This document shows, piece after piece, positions 1-9,069 of a stretch of 64,000 nt of DNA; position 1 is the stretch's first letter; the number at the start of each line of letters is the position of its first letter. Source of the stretch: Dehalococcoidia bacterium. Its GTDB lineage: Bacteria > Chloroflexota > Dehalococcoidia > UBA2979. Under the pieces are notes generated by a model that saw only the letters and a program-made list of their open reading frames with translations, made no database searches and was not told the DNA's origin. The stretch covers positions 2,432,001-2,496,000 of the forward strand of contig OZ253555.1 of NCBI GenBank assembly GCA_965262725.1, given 5' to 3'. A program made the translations under genes and the position numbers.

Positions 1-34
1 GCACCGGCGGATCGGAGCTCTCGACGTCACCACC

Positions 35-1777
35 TCAGGCGAGGCGGTACTCAAGGAGCGACGAGCGCCCGGTGATCGCGGCGATGCGCACGAGCAACTC
101 GCGGCCGTTCGCGTCCGTCAGGCGCAGCTCCTCCTCGCCCGGAACGAACCGGACCGGCTGCTGCTCGCCACCGTTGATGGCGATGTTCGAGGCGTAGAGA
201 TACGTCCTGAAGCTCGTATCGAGGATCGGGTTGAGACGCCCCGCGAGGCCGGGAATGTGGCCCGTACCCTCCGGGAACACGACCGAGCCACCACCCGGGA
301 GCGCGGTGAGTTCGACTGCGAGCGCCCGTTCCGACGGGATCCAGCCCCCTTCGACGTGCACGGCGCAGCCGTCCGCCGCGACATACACCGTCATCGGCAG
401 GTGAACCGAGTGCAGGTCGAGTAGCGCCTCGCCGTCCGCATTGGTGGACGCGCGCTTCCACGTGTTGTTCGGGAAGAGCGCCACCACGTCGGCACCGGCG
501 AGTAGTAGTCCGCCCCGGCGAACCGTGATCACCACGCTCGCCGGCCCGGAGTCCGGCTCCGCGGCAGGCAGCGTGAGGCAGAGCTCGGAGCCGTCGATGA
601 GCCGGAACTCCGGCTCCCTGCCGGTTAGCTCTCGCGTCTCGCGGCGGATGATCGGCACGCCGTCGCCGCGGCGCTCCATGAAGTAGCGCCTGCCCCCGGC
701 ACCTTCGACGGAGCCTGCGTCCACGCGGCCGAGCACCGAGGTCAGCACCTCGTTTCGCGTCGACTGCCGCTCGCCCATGCTCTCGATCGTGAGGTTGTTC
801 GGGAGCGCGCCCGGCGAGCAGAGCTCGAGCCGGTCGGAGAAGATCGAGAGCCTGATGCGGCTCCCGCGGATCGAGTAGTCACGGTGGACCACGGCGTTCA
901 CGATCGCCTCGAAGAGCGCCTGCGTGCTGTACTCGGGGAGGTTTTCTCGGGCGGGGGTCTTGCGCGCCCCGACCTGCATGTTGCGCACGGCGAAGGCGAG
1001 CGCCTGCGTGATCTGGCGATCGATCGGCCCAGTGATCTCCTGCGCGTCAACCTGCCCCGACGAGCGATCCGCGCCCCGGTAGCGGACGGCAGTGACGCCG
1101 GCATTCGGGAGGAACTGCTCCGGGTGAGCGGTGCAGACCAGCACGCCGGCCACGGTCGCGCGCGTCACGCCGCGCTCGTCCGTTGCGAGCAGGCCGAGCT
1201 TCTCGAGCGCGACCTCCGGGTCAGCGAGACCCTCGGCACTGAGGATCGGCTTCCACAACTCCTCGTCGAGAGTAGCGAACCCGGTTTCGTGCACGATCTG
1301 CTCGTCGAAGCTGGTGAATCGAACCTGGCCGCGGCGCTGTGCCAGTCGCATCCGCTCGTCGGGCGTCACCGGCTGCTTCGAGCTACCGACACGGACATAG
1401 CTGCCACCGGGACTGTCGTGCTGGGCATGTCCTTCGGGGACCCCGACGAGGATGAGCGAGCGTCCGTCGAGTTCCAGGCGGTAGGCCTCGAGCCGAATCG
1501 CTGGCTTGATGGAGTCCCTCGCGATCTCCCCGACCAGGCGCTCCACCTCGTCGAGGCGCTCGCGGGACATGACCGGCACCTCGCCGGTGTCCGTGACGCC
1601 GAGAAGCAGCACGCCGCCGCTTGCGTTGGCGAAGGCGGCGACCTCGTCGGCCCAGTCGTCGCGATGATCCCGGACGGGTCGGTCGCTCCGGAACTCGACC
1701 TCCTTGCACTCCCACCCGCTGTCCTCGCCGAGGCGCAACCGGCTGCGGATTTCGTCTTCGCTGTACGGCATCGTCAT
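35..1777 (-). CDS. Schlafen/AlbA_2-domain protein with RecG-C-like ATP-binding (HATPase_c_4) domain and an extra C-terminal domain
   Basis: N-terminal GEDSGWECKE...VAAFANASGGVLLLGV.D (AlbA_2). Central EAIVNAVVHRDYS...SPG.LP...RNEVL...ERRGDGVP (HATPase_c_4). Start placed at ATG 1777 (MTMPYS). Confidence 0.85.
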   Translation of the reverse strand: MTMPYSEDEIRSRLRLGEDSGWECKEVEFRSDRPVRDHRDDWADEVAAFANASGGVLLLGVTDTGEVPVMSRERLDEVERLVGEIARDSIKPAIRLEAYRLELDGRSLILVGVPEGHAQHDSPGGSYVRVGSSKQPVTPDERMRLAQRRGQVRFTSFDEQIVHETGFATLDEELWKPILSAEGLADPEVALEKLGLLATDERGVTRATVAGVLVCTAHPEQFLPNAGVTAVRYRGADRSSGQVDAQEITGPIDRQITQALAFAVRNMQVGARKTPARENLPEYSTQALFEAIVNAVVHRDYSIRGSRIRLSIFSDRLELCSPGALPNNLTIESMGERQSTRNEVLTSVLGRVDAGSVEGAGGRRYFMERRGDGVPIIRRETRELTGREPEFRLIDGSELCLTLPAAEPDSGPASVVITVRRGGLLLAGADVVALFPNNTWKRASTNADGEALLDLHSVHLPMTVYVAADGCAVHVEGGWIPSERALAVELTALPGGGSVVFPEGTGHIPGLAGRLNPILDTSFRTYLYASNIAINGGEQQPVRFVPGEEELRLTDANGRELLVRIAAITGRSSLLEYRLA

Positions 1778-1923
1778 CGCTGGCTCAGCCCGTTCCAACG
1801 TTCACCGCGGTTCGCAGGTTGCCACGCGGTGCTGGACAAGCCCGACATCCTCGCTGGGCTCGGTGACCGCCTGCCGTGTAAACAGGGTGAGAGCCGGCGG
1901 ATTCGGGCACCGCATTCGTCACT

Positions 1924-2268
1924 CTACTTTATGCCGAGCGGCCCCAATCGATCCTGCCGCTCGGTCGCGAGTCGGCGAATCCGCTCCACCACGCGCTCGA
2001 CCGGCACACTGCGCACCCGCAGGAAGTTCCCTGCGGAGTCCGCGTCCAGGCCGCTCCGCTCGTTCGCCTCGATCAGGAGTTCGGTGCCCTGGCCATCGAA
2101 GTCCGGCTGCCATGTGGCACGCGGCACGATGATGCGCACCGGCACCCGCATCAAGCGCCGGCGAGTTCACGACCACCGCCGGTCGGACCCGCTGGAGCTC
2201 AGTCCCCCATGGGCGCGCGGCAGGCGGACCAGCCAAACCGCGCCCCGTGTCGGCGGAGCGGTGGCCAC
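1924..2268 (-). pseudogene. PemK/MazF-family toxin, frameshifted
   Basis: Three frames carry consecutive MazF motifs: PTRGAVWLVRL / GTELQRVRPAVVVNS / VRIIVP...SGLDADSA...VRSVPVERV. Confidence 0.7.
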
Positions 2269-2279
2269 ATCCCGCCGAC

Positions 2280-3188
2280 TCACTCCTCGATGCCGTCGCC
2301 CGCGGTCTCGTCCCGAACCCCGGTCTCGTCGGCGTCAACGACAATGCCGGCTACCCGAATAGCACGGTGGCGTTCCTCAAGCGACTGCCTCGCGAGGTCA
2401 CGCGGTGACGAACGACCCGACCGCGCCTGCTCGGCGTCGCTTGCGGAGTCCGGGTAGAGGCGGCCTGGTGTCGCGCATTCGTCCTCGTCGCTGACGCTCT
2501 CGCTGACGAAGCTGAGGAACTTGTCGCCGAGTGGCGTGGTCAGCCTTTGGTCGACCGGGTCCCTGGACGCCGCGACTGCGGCAGATCCGCCCATGACGAG
2601 GCCTCGGCTCTCGAGGTCGGTTCTGAGCAGGGTGTACACGTCGAACGGAACATCAGGAAGGAGTCGCTCAACAACCCGGCGGAACGAGCGATCGATCGTG
2701 AGTGGCACGGTCGTCCCGTGCCCGGTTGCGAATGCCCGCGTGCTCTGGAGCATGTGCAGCACCCGCAGATGCGACGGAGCAAGTACGTCAATCAGGTTGA
2801 GGAACATGGAGTCCAGGTCGCGGTCTGGCTCCTCGCGCAGGGCGACGTGCGCCAGGGCGCTCTTCAACGTCCGCCACTGCTCCTCTCTGTGGGTGCAGAG
2901 AGCGATACGGGTCGCTGCCAGTACCGCATCGATCCATTCGTCGTTGGCTGATAGCGACGCCACGGTCAGGCTTGGGTTCCGGGCCTGGAGGTCATTCACA
3001 AGTTCTGCCAGTTCGTTGAACCACTGGATGCGTCGCTTCTCGATCACGGGCGTGAACATCACGTCGATCAGCGCGGCGGCTGGAGCGCCAAGAGCTGGTA
3101 TCAGGGCGAGCACCCTTCGGGCCATGTCCTCGGCGATCTCGCCCCTGGAGGGCTCTGGGTACGACTCCACTGAGCCCGATTCTGACAC
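2280..3188 (-). CDS. hypothetical protein
   Basis: 302-aa ORF with globular, protein-like composition; no family recognised. Confidence 0.55.
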   Translation of the reverse strand: MSESGSVESYPEPSRGEIAEDMARRVLALIPALGAPAAALIDVMFTPVIEKRRIQWFNELAELVNDLQARNPSLTVASLSANDEWIDAVLAATRIALCTHREEQWRTLKSALAHVALREEPDRDLDSMFLNLIDVLAPSHLRVLHMLQSTRAFATGHGTTVPLTIDRSFRRVVERLLPDVPFDVYTLLRTDLESRGLVMGGSAAVAASRDPVDQRLTTPLGDKFLSFVSESVSDEDECATPGRLYPDSASDAEQARSGRSSPRDLARQSLEERHRAIRVAGIVVDADETGVRDETAGDGIEE

Positions 3189-3266
3189 CTGCTACCTACC
3201 TACTCCGGCCGTTTCGGTCTGCGAGCGATCGTAGCGCGGCCGCAAGCCCGTAGCATCGAGGTCTAG

Positions 3267-3415
3267 CAGGGTGCTGAAAAAGGGTTGAGCTGGGGGCATG
3301 GGGGAAAGAACGGAGGTTCCCCATGCTTGAGCGAGGGCGGCAGACCACGATCATGCTGGCGGTGACCGCCGAGGCGTTCGTCCCGAACGACCATCCCCTG
3401 CGGCGCATCAAGCCG
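3267..3415 (+). mobile_element. IS5/IS1182-like left end with truncated transposase N-terminus
   Basis: CTAG followed by CAGGGTGCTGAAAAA, then a short ORF with AFVPNDHPLRRIK (DUF772-like motif). Confidence 0.6.
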
Positions 3416-3455
3416 CAGCCCGTGCCCTACAATCCGCCGCGAAAGGTTTTGCCCT

Positions 3456-5432
3456 ATGCCCTCGTCGACGCCACAGGTCGCCCCGTACGGCTCGTGGAAG
3501 TCCCCAATCACCTCTGACGTGATCACCTCCCAGGCCATCCGCCTTGGAGGGACAGCGCTCGATGGGCAGGTCGCCTACTGGCTCGAAGGACGACCAACGG
3601 AAGAAGGGCGCTACGTTCTTGTGCGCGGCGAGGCTGACGGCACATCAACCGATCTCACGCCACCTGGCTACAACGTGCGTACCCGCGTCCACGAGTACGG
3701 CGGCGCACCGGTCTTGATCCACGACGGGATCACCTACTTTGCGAACTTCGCCGACCAGCGTGTCTACCGACGTTCGGACGAAGCGCCTGATCCCGTTCCT
3801 ATCACCCCCAACCGACCGCTTCGCTTCGCTGACATGCGCTACGACTCGCAGCGGGACCGGCTTATCGCGATCTGCGAGGACCACACTCATGGTGGCCAGG
3901 AAGCGCGCAACTATCTCGTTGCTCTCGAGCCTTCGCCCGGCGGTGCAGAAAAGAGCCCTATCGTCGTGACGGAGGGGCATGATTTCTACGCCTACCCTCG
4001 TCTCTCCCCTGATGGGACCCGCCTCGCCTGGTTGGACTGGGACCATCCCAACATGCCGTGGGACGGCTCCGAGCTCCGCGTCGCTGACCTCGATGACAAC
4101 GGCAGGGTCATCTCCGACCACCTCATCGCTGGCAGAGCAGACGAGTCGGTCTTCCAGCCTGAGTGGGCTCCCGACGGCAGCCTCTACTTCATCTCAGACC
4201 GCAGCGGCTGGTGGAATCTCTACCGCTTTCGAGACGCCAAGGTCGAGCAGGTGGTTGCGATCGACGCCGAGATGGGCCGCCCGATGTGGGGACTCGGCTC
4301 CGGCACCTACACGATCCTGGACAGCCAGCGCGCCCTGGCCGCCATCGCCCGGGACGGTCGCTGGACCCTTCACCGCGTCGATCTTGAATCGGGCGACCTT
4401 GCGGTCGTCGACACGCCGTACTCGTACTTCGACGAACTCAAGTCCTCCGGCCACGTTGTGACCTTCCTCGCTGGTAGCTCCACTGGCTTCGAAGCTGTCG
4501 TTGCATTCGACCCAGCGACGGACACGTGCCGCGAGCTGCAAACCGCCAGTGACGTCGAGATTGACCTCGGCTACCTGGCGCCAGCCGAGGCGATCGAGTT
4601 CCCGACGCGCGGCGACCTCTTCACCGACGACGGGGGCGGCCAGGTGACGGCCCACGCCTTCTACTATCCACCCACGAACGCTGACTTCGTCGGCCCGGCT
4701 GACGAACGTCCGCCGCTCGTGGTGATGAGCCATGGAGGTCCAACGTCCGCGACCGTCGACATCCTGCGTCTGGGTCTTCAATACTGGACCAGCCGCGGCT
4801 TTGCTGTGCTCAACGTCAACTACGGCGGCAGCACCGGGTACGGCACCGCGTACCGACGCCGCCTGAACGGTAACTGGGGCATCGTGGACGTGGACGACTG
4901 CATCAACGGTGCCAGATTCCTCATCGATCGTGGCGACATCGATCCCCAGAGATGCGCCATCACCGGGGGGAGCGCTGGCGGCTGGACCACCCTCTGCGCC
5001 CTCACCTTCCGAGATTTCTTCGCAGCCGGTGCGTCGCACTTCGGCGTAAGCGATGCCACCGCCTTGGCGACCGACACGCACAAGTTCGAGTCCCGTTACC
5101 TGGACTCGCTCATCGGCCCCTACCCGGAGCGCACCGACCTCTACGACGAGCGCTCGCCCATCCACCACACGGATCTGCTCAACTGCCCGGTGGCCTTCTT
5201 CCAGGGGCTCGATGATGAGATCGTCCCGCCTGATCAGTCGGAGCGCATGGTGAACGCCCTGCGGGAGAGGGGCCTCCCGGTAGCCTATGCAACGTTCGAA
5301 GGAGAGCAGCACGGCTTCCGCCGCGCATCGAGCATCAAGGCCGCTCTCGAAGGGGAGCTCTACTTCTACAGCCGGATCTTTGGCTTCCAGGTCGCTGATG
5401 AGATCGAGCCTCTCTCGATCGAGAACCTCTAG
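3456..5432 (+). CDS. S9 family serine peptidase (prolyl oligopeptidase/acylaminoacyl peptidase)
   Basis: APYGSWKSPI N-terminus, beta-propeller region, HGGPT, nucleophile GGSAGG, QGLDDEIV (Asp) and GEQHGF (His). Confidence 0.95.
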   Translation: MPSSTPQVAPYGSWKSPITSDVITSQAIRLGGTALDGQVAYWLEGRPTEEGRYVLVRGEADGTSTDLTPPGYNVRTRVHEYGGAPVLIHDGITYFANFADQRVYRRSDEAPDPVPITPNRPLRFADMRYDSQRDRLIAICEDHTHGGQEARNYLVALEPSPGGAEKSPIVVTEGHDFYAYPRLSPDGTRLAWLDWDHPNMPWDGSELRVADLDDNGRVISDHLIAGRADESVFQPEWAPDGSLYFISDRSGWWNLYRFRDAKVEQVVAIDAEMGRPMWGLGSGTYTILDSQRALAAIARDGRWTLHRVDLESGDLAVVDTPYSYFDELKSSGHVVTFLAGSSTGFEAVVAFDPATDTCRELQTASDVEIDLGYLAPAEAIEFPTRGDLFTDDGGGQVTAHAFYYPPTNADFVGPADERPPLVVMSHGGPTSATVDILRLGLQYWTSRGFAVLNVNYGGSTGYGTAYRRRLNGNWGIVDVDDCINGARFLIDRGDIDPQRCAITGGSAGGWTTLCALTFRDFFAAGASHFGVSDATALATDTHKFESRYLDSLIGPYPERTDLYDERSPIHHTDLLNCPVAFFQGLDDEIVPPDQSERMVNALRERGLPVAYATFEGEQHGFRRASSIKAALEGELYFYSRIFGFQVADEIEPLSIENL

Positions 5433-5691
5433 CAGGGTGATGAAAAAATGGCGGTAGTCTGGCAGGATAGGAGTGGCGACTGTGTCGATGACATCACTGA
5501 ACTGGGCGATCCCGTGGGCATGAGCCCGGTGAACGCTGCCCCCCTGATGGAATGATGGCACCGCACAGGATCTTCCCCCGGGCCTGCTCATGTGGATCGA
5601 ATCCGTGGGTGCCACAGGGGCGCGCCTCCTGGGCCATCGTCAGGCCCGCTAGTGAGCGTCGAACATCTCTCCTACGCGCCGCCAGCACCGG

Positions 5692-6213
5692 CTAAGACGT
5701 GCGCGCCTCGACCGCCCGCGCGATTGTTGCGAGCGGCATGATCAGTCGGAACTCGCTGTCAAGCAGCGTGATTGCGCCGAGGCGTCTGTACCAACTCGCG
5801 GCGGCCTCGTCCTTCGCCTCAATGAAGAGCGCGAGTCCGCCCACTTCGTCGGCCGCCCGCAGGCAGCGAAGGCCTGCCGCTAGAAACAATTCAGAGCCGA
5901 TCCCCTGCCGCTGCAGATCCCGGTGGACTGCGAGCCGGGCGAGCAGAAAGACAGGAAGCGGGTAGCGGGGGAAGCGCCTCGTGAGATCCTCGGGGACCGT
6001 GTCAAAGTCCACGGACGCGGGCGTGATCGAGTAGTAGCCGAGTATGCGAGACGGCTCAGTGATGGGGACCGCCACGTACGTCTTTGTATGGCTGCGGTCG
6101 TGGTTCTGCCGAGCGTAGCGCCTCAGGTATTCGTTGAGGTCGTCGGACCCGCAGTCGAAGCCGGCGCGATCGTGCTGTGAGGAGATTGCTTCCTCACGCC
6201 AGGCCACAGCCAC
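5692..6213 (-). CDS. GNAT acetyltransferase toxin (TacT/AtaT-like)
   Basis: HDRAGFDCG.DDLNEYL, LLARLAV...QRQGIG acetyl-CoA motif, AKDEAAASWY; directly downstream of a DUF1778 gene. Confidence 0.9.
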   Translation of the reverse strand: MAVAWREEAISSQHDRAGFDCGSDDLNEYLRRYARQNHDRSHTKTYVAVPITEPSRILGYYSITPASVDFDTVPEDLTRRFPRYPLPVFLLARLAVHRDLQRQGIGSELFLAAGLRCLRAADEVGGLALFIEAKDEAAASWYRRLGAITLLDSEFRLIMPLATIARAVEARTS

Positions 6214-6486
6214 CTATGCGATTTGAGTGCGCCGGCGCGCCGCCGCGAGCAGGGCGTCGGATGGCTCGGGAGGGTCGTCCAGGAGTTCAAGCATCTGAGC
6301 CGCTGCTCGTGCCGACAGTGAGACTCGCTCAGTTCGTGCGACCACCTCGCGGGCCCGGGGCAGAACGGTGGCCCTGATGAATGAGGTCACATCGAGACCC
6401 TGGCAGGCGGCTGCCTCCATGAGGAGCTGCTTCTCGTCGCTCGTTGTGCGGAGTTCGATCCGGTCATTCCGCCGAGTCGTGGGCAT
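6214..6486 (-). CDS. DUF1778 RHH antitoxin (TacA-like)
   Basis: RNDRIELR...K.LL.EAA...G.DVTSFI...LLDDPPEPSDAL; abuts the GNAT gene. Confidence 0.9.
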   Translation of the reverse strand: MPTTRRNDRIELRTTSDEKQLLMEAAACQGLDVTSFIRATVLPRAREVVARTERVSLSARAAAQMLELLDDPPEPSDALLAAARRRTQIA

Positions 6487-6581
6487 GTGACCCTCCAGCG
6501 ACACATCTCTTGTAGGAGTGTACGTACACTAGCCGTACGCTTCCACGCTGTCCAGCGGGGCTGGACACTCTCCCCGGCTGA

Positions 6582-6676
6582 ATGTACCCAGGATGTACCC
6601 AGCACCGGCGGCCGTGCGGCGTCCCATGTCCGGGCTTGGCTTTGGTGGTTGGTGGGCCTGAAGGGACTCGAACCCC
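6582..6676 (-). mobile_element. att-site remnant: tRNA 3' fragment (T-arm, acceptor stem, CCA) plus tandem ATGTACCCAG repeats
   Basis: Minus strand 6676-6650 reads GGGGTTCGAGTCCCTTCAGGCCCACCA with no tRNA 5' half. ATGTACCCAG occurs at 6582 and 6593. Confidence 0.65.
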
Positions 6677-6677
6677 T

Positions 6678-6854
6678 CTACACTGCCAGGGCGCTTCTGT
6701 CGATAAGGAGAGCGGTGAAGTAGCAGACCCGGTGGATCGTGTCCTGGGGGAAGAGGGTCTCGGACAGCTTTCGCAGATCCAGCCACTTGAACGGTGTGCG
6801 CCGGAGAGCGCGGTAGTAGAGATTGAATCCATCTATGTAGACGTTCGTGATCAA
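6678..6854 (-). pseudogene. NYN (LabA/DUF88, PIN-like) domain protein, N-terminal fragment
   Basis: Manual translation MITNVYIDGFNLYYRALRRTPFKWLDLRKLSETLFP...VCYFTA; stops after 58 aa at the tRNA fragment. Confidence 0.75.
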
Positions 6855-6876
6855 TCGTTACACCCTGACAAAGACA

Positions 6877-6925
6877 GAGACCGCCTCGAAGGGCGGTCTC
6901 GACCCGACCGGCGAAGCGGCCGGGG
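6877..6925 (-). promoter_or_regulatory. two adjacent hairpins in the NYN leader, one terminator-like
   Basis: GAGACCGCC-loop-GGCGGTCTC (6877-6900) followed on the minus strand by TGTCTTT, and CCCGACCG-loop-CGGCCGGG (6903-6924). Confidence 0.5.
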
Positions 6926-7536
6926 TGGTGCAGCAGATCGTGACGGCGAGCGCTCGTGAAGTCAAGCGTCTGCGCCCAACCAAGCCGTGTTTCATGACGT
7001 GGTGAACGACGAGCATGCCTCCAGACGACTCAGGTCATCCCGTACCGTCCTTCGACTTCAGGGTCTTCGATCTGGAGCTGTCGGGCGAGGGCGTGTCGCA
7101 GGTCCACGGGTACATGCGCCGTCAGCGGATGGGCCGACCGGACGCACAACGGCTCCTGCAACGCATGCAGGAAGAACGCCATGCGTGGGTCACCTTCGAC
7201 AGCGCAATCAGCCAGGAGTACCCGCGTCTGCCGTTCCTGCACATCCGGCCCCGCTCGTACTCGCGGCGATCGATGAGCTCCAGACCGAGGCGCCGCCGGA
7301 GTGGGTCGCGCGGGTCGGTTCGTTCACGTTGCCTCCGCAGGCCGCCTACACGAGGCCAGCCGCGGGCGAGGCGGAGAACCGCGCCGACCTCCGCCACACG
7401 CTCTCGGTCACCTCGCTGACGAGGCGCACCGCAGTCGGTGCAGGCCTGCTATCCGATGTCGTGAGAAGCCGAGGGATGAGGTGGGCGAGGACCGGCATAA
7501 CGGCGAACGTAGAAGGTCGCCGTTCGGAGTTGAGCC

Positions 7537-7735
7537 ATGCCGAAGGTGAGAGAGATGATCCGGCTCGTGGAGCAGGACGGTTGGTCCCGTGTCAGAACAC
7601 GCGGCAGCCACCGTCAGTTCACACATGCGGCGAAGAGGGGAACCGTTACGATAGCGTGGAGGTTGAGGGCTTGGCCCCGACACGGTGTCGAGCATCCTCA
7701 CGCAAGCCGGCCTCGACAGGAGTGCGCTGGAATGA
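7537..7735 (+). pseudogene. hicA: HicA toxin, frameshifted into the hicB frame
   Basis: DGWSRVRTRGSHRQFTH...GTVTIA; the normal tail TVSSILTQAGL lies in another frame. Confidence 0.75.
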
Positions 7736-7938
7736 CCTACACCGTCGTCATCGAGAAGACGGGCAACGGCTATTCGGCCTACGTGCCCGACCTGCCCGGT
7801 TGCGTTGCCGCCGGCGACACCCACGAGGAGACGGAGGCTCTGATTCAGGACGCCGTCACCTACCACCTCGAGATGCTTCGCGAGTCGGGAGACCCGATTC
7901 CGGAACCGCACACGACCAGCAGCCTGGTCACGGTCTAG
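7732..7938 (+). CDS. hicB: HicB-family antitoxin (short form)
   Basis: YTVVIEKTGNGYSAYVPDLPGCVAAGDT.EE......AV..HLE.LRE.G.PIPEP. Confidence 0.9.
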   Translation: MTYTVVIEKTGNGYSAYVPDLPGCVAAGDTHEETEALIQDAVTYHLEMLRESGDPIPEPHTTSSLVTV

Positions 7939-8276
7939 CCCTACGTGCTCGCTAAGTTGGTCTCGTGGTAGGCGACAGGGGGGAAATGTCTCCATAGAGT
8001 CGCGAGGCCATGCGGGGCTAGTCGACCGGGACGTCCCCCCCCCCGGTTCACTGGACGCGGAGGTGGATAGAAACTTCAAGCGATACCGATTGCGACGACG
8101 AGCAGCTCTGGGGCCTGAGGAAGCACGGATATGAAGTCCGCCACCAGGACTCGTTCCCCAAGTCTGGTGTTCTGGGAGTCCTGCTCCTCGTCGCCGTTCC
8201 CCACCCCCCATCCTACCGAGGCGCCAACCTCGCGACCTGTTCAGAGAGTTCCTAGAATGGGCGAGGGAGGCACGCC

Positions 8277-8537
8277 ATGATTCGCCCGACCGCTGTCGAA
8301 CCCCGCGAAGGATTCCGGATCTGGCTTCGCTACTCGGATGGAGTCAGCGGTGAGTTGGACCTGTCCCACCTGGCTGGCCGCGGCGTGTTCGCGGCGTGGA
8401 ACGAGGCCGGGTGTTTCGAGCGGGTGCACATCGCGCCGCACCGGGCTGTCGCCTGGAGCGACGAGCTAGAGCTGTGCCCCGACGTGCTCTACATGGACCT
8501 GACCGGGAAGTCGCTGGACGAGCTACCGGGAGCTTGA
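8277..8537 (+). CDS. DUF2442 domain protein (putative antitoxin)
   Basis: V.P..GFRIWLRYSDG.SGELDL...GVF.......F..V......VAW...LELCPD.LY. Confidence 0.8.
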   Translation: MIRPTAVEPREGFRIWLRYSDGVSGELDLSHLAGRGVFAAWNEAGCFERVHIAPHRAVAWSDELELCPDVLYMDLTGKSLDELPGA

Positions 8538-8904
8538 TGTAGCGGTGGCTCACGTCGAGGCCGATCGTCGCAGCCCCCTCATCGAAACCGTATCACTTCG
8601 GGGAGTATCCCCGGTGAAGCGGGATGCCGACCCTGATGGGAGCCGCACCGTGACACGTCGGGAAGCGCTGCGCGGCTGATGCGACAAGGTCGGGTGCGAG
8701 ACGGGCTCGCCGTCGTGCTTCTGCTTGCGGCCCTGGCCCTGGGGTCCGCCTGCACGGGTGGCGGCGAGGTTCGCCCGTCCGCGACTCCGGCTGCGGCGCC
8801 GACGGCCGAGGCCCAGAATGCTGCTACCCCTCAGCCGTCGCCGGTAGGCACGGCACCGCTGGCACCCGCCGCTCTGTCTAGCCCCAACGCCGGTCCCACA
8901 ACGA

Positions 8905-9002
8905 CTGCCGAGCCCACGGCGACTGCCGGGCCCGCGGCGACTGCCGAGCCCACGGCGACTGCCGAGCCCGCGGCGACTGCCGAGCCCGCGGCGACTGCCG
9001 AG
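8905..9002 (+). repeat. 18-bp coding minisatellite (ATAEPT); continues at about 11587-11650
   Basis: Tandem GCGACTGCCGAGCCC(A/G)CG units. Confidence 0.9.
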
Positions 9003-9069
9003 TGGGAATGATGCTTACATCTGGCCCCACTTTGATCCTCTGATCTGGCCCCACCCCCGGGGACCGGGA

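Noticed and set aside
884-2362. Long antisense or alternate-frame ORFs (also 17126-18520, 35355-37280, 45975-47960, 52248-54014)
   Set aside because: These are shadow ORFs of real genes in GC-rich DNA, with no recognisable motifs.
6650-6676. Functional tRNA gene
   Set aside because: Only the T-arm and acceptor 3' strand are present; the upstream DNA is NYN coding sequence.
8905-9002. Short tandem repeats (also 19752-19890 and 17621-17860) as a CRISPR array
   Set aside because: They are in-frame coding repeats with no unique spacers, and there are no cas genes.
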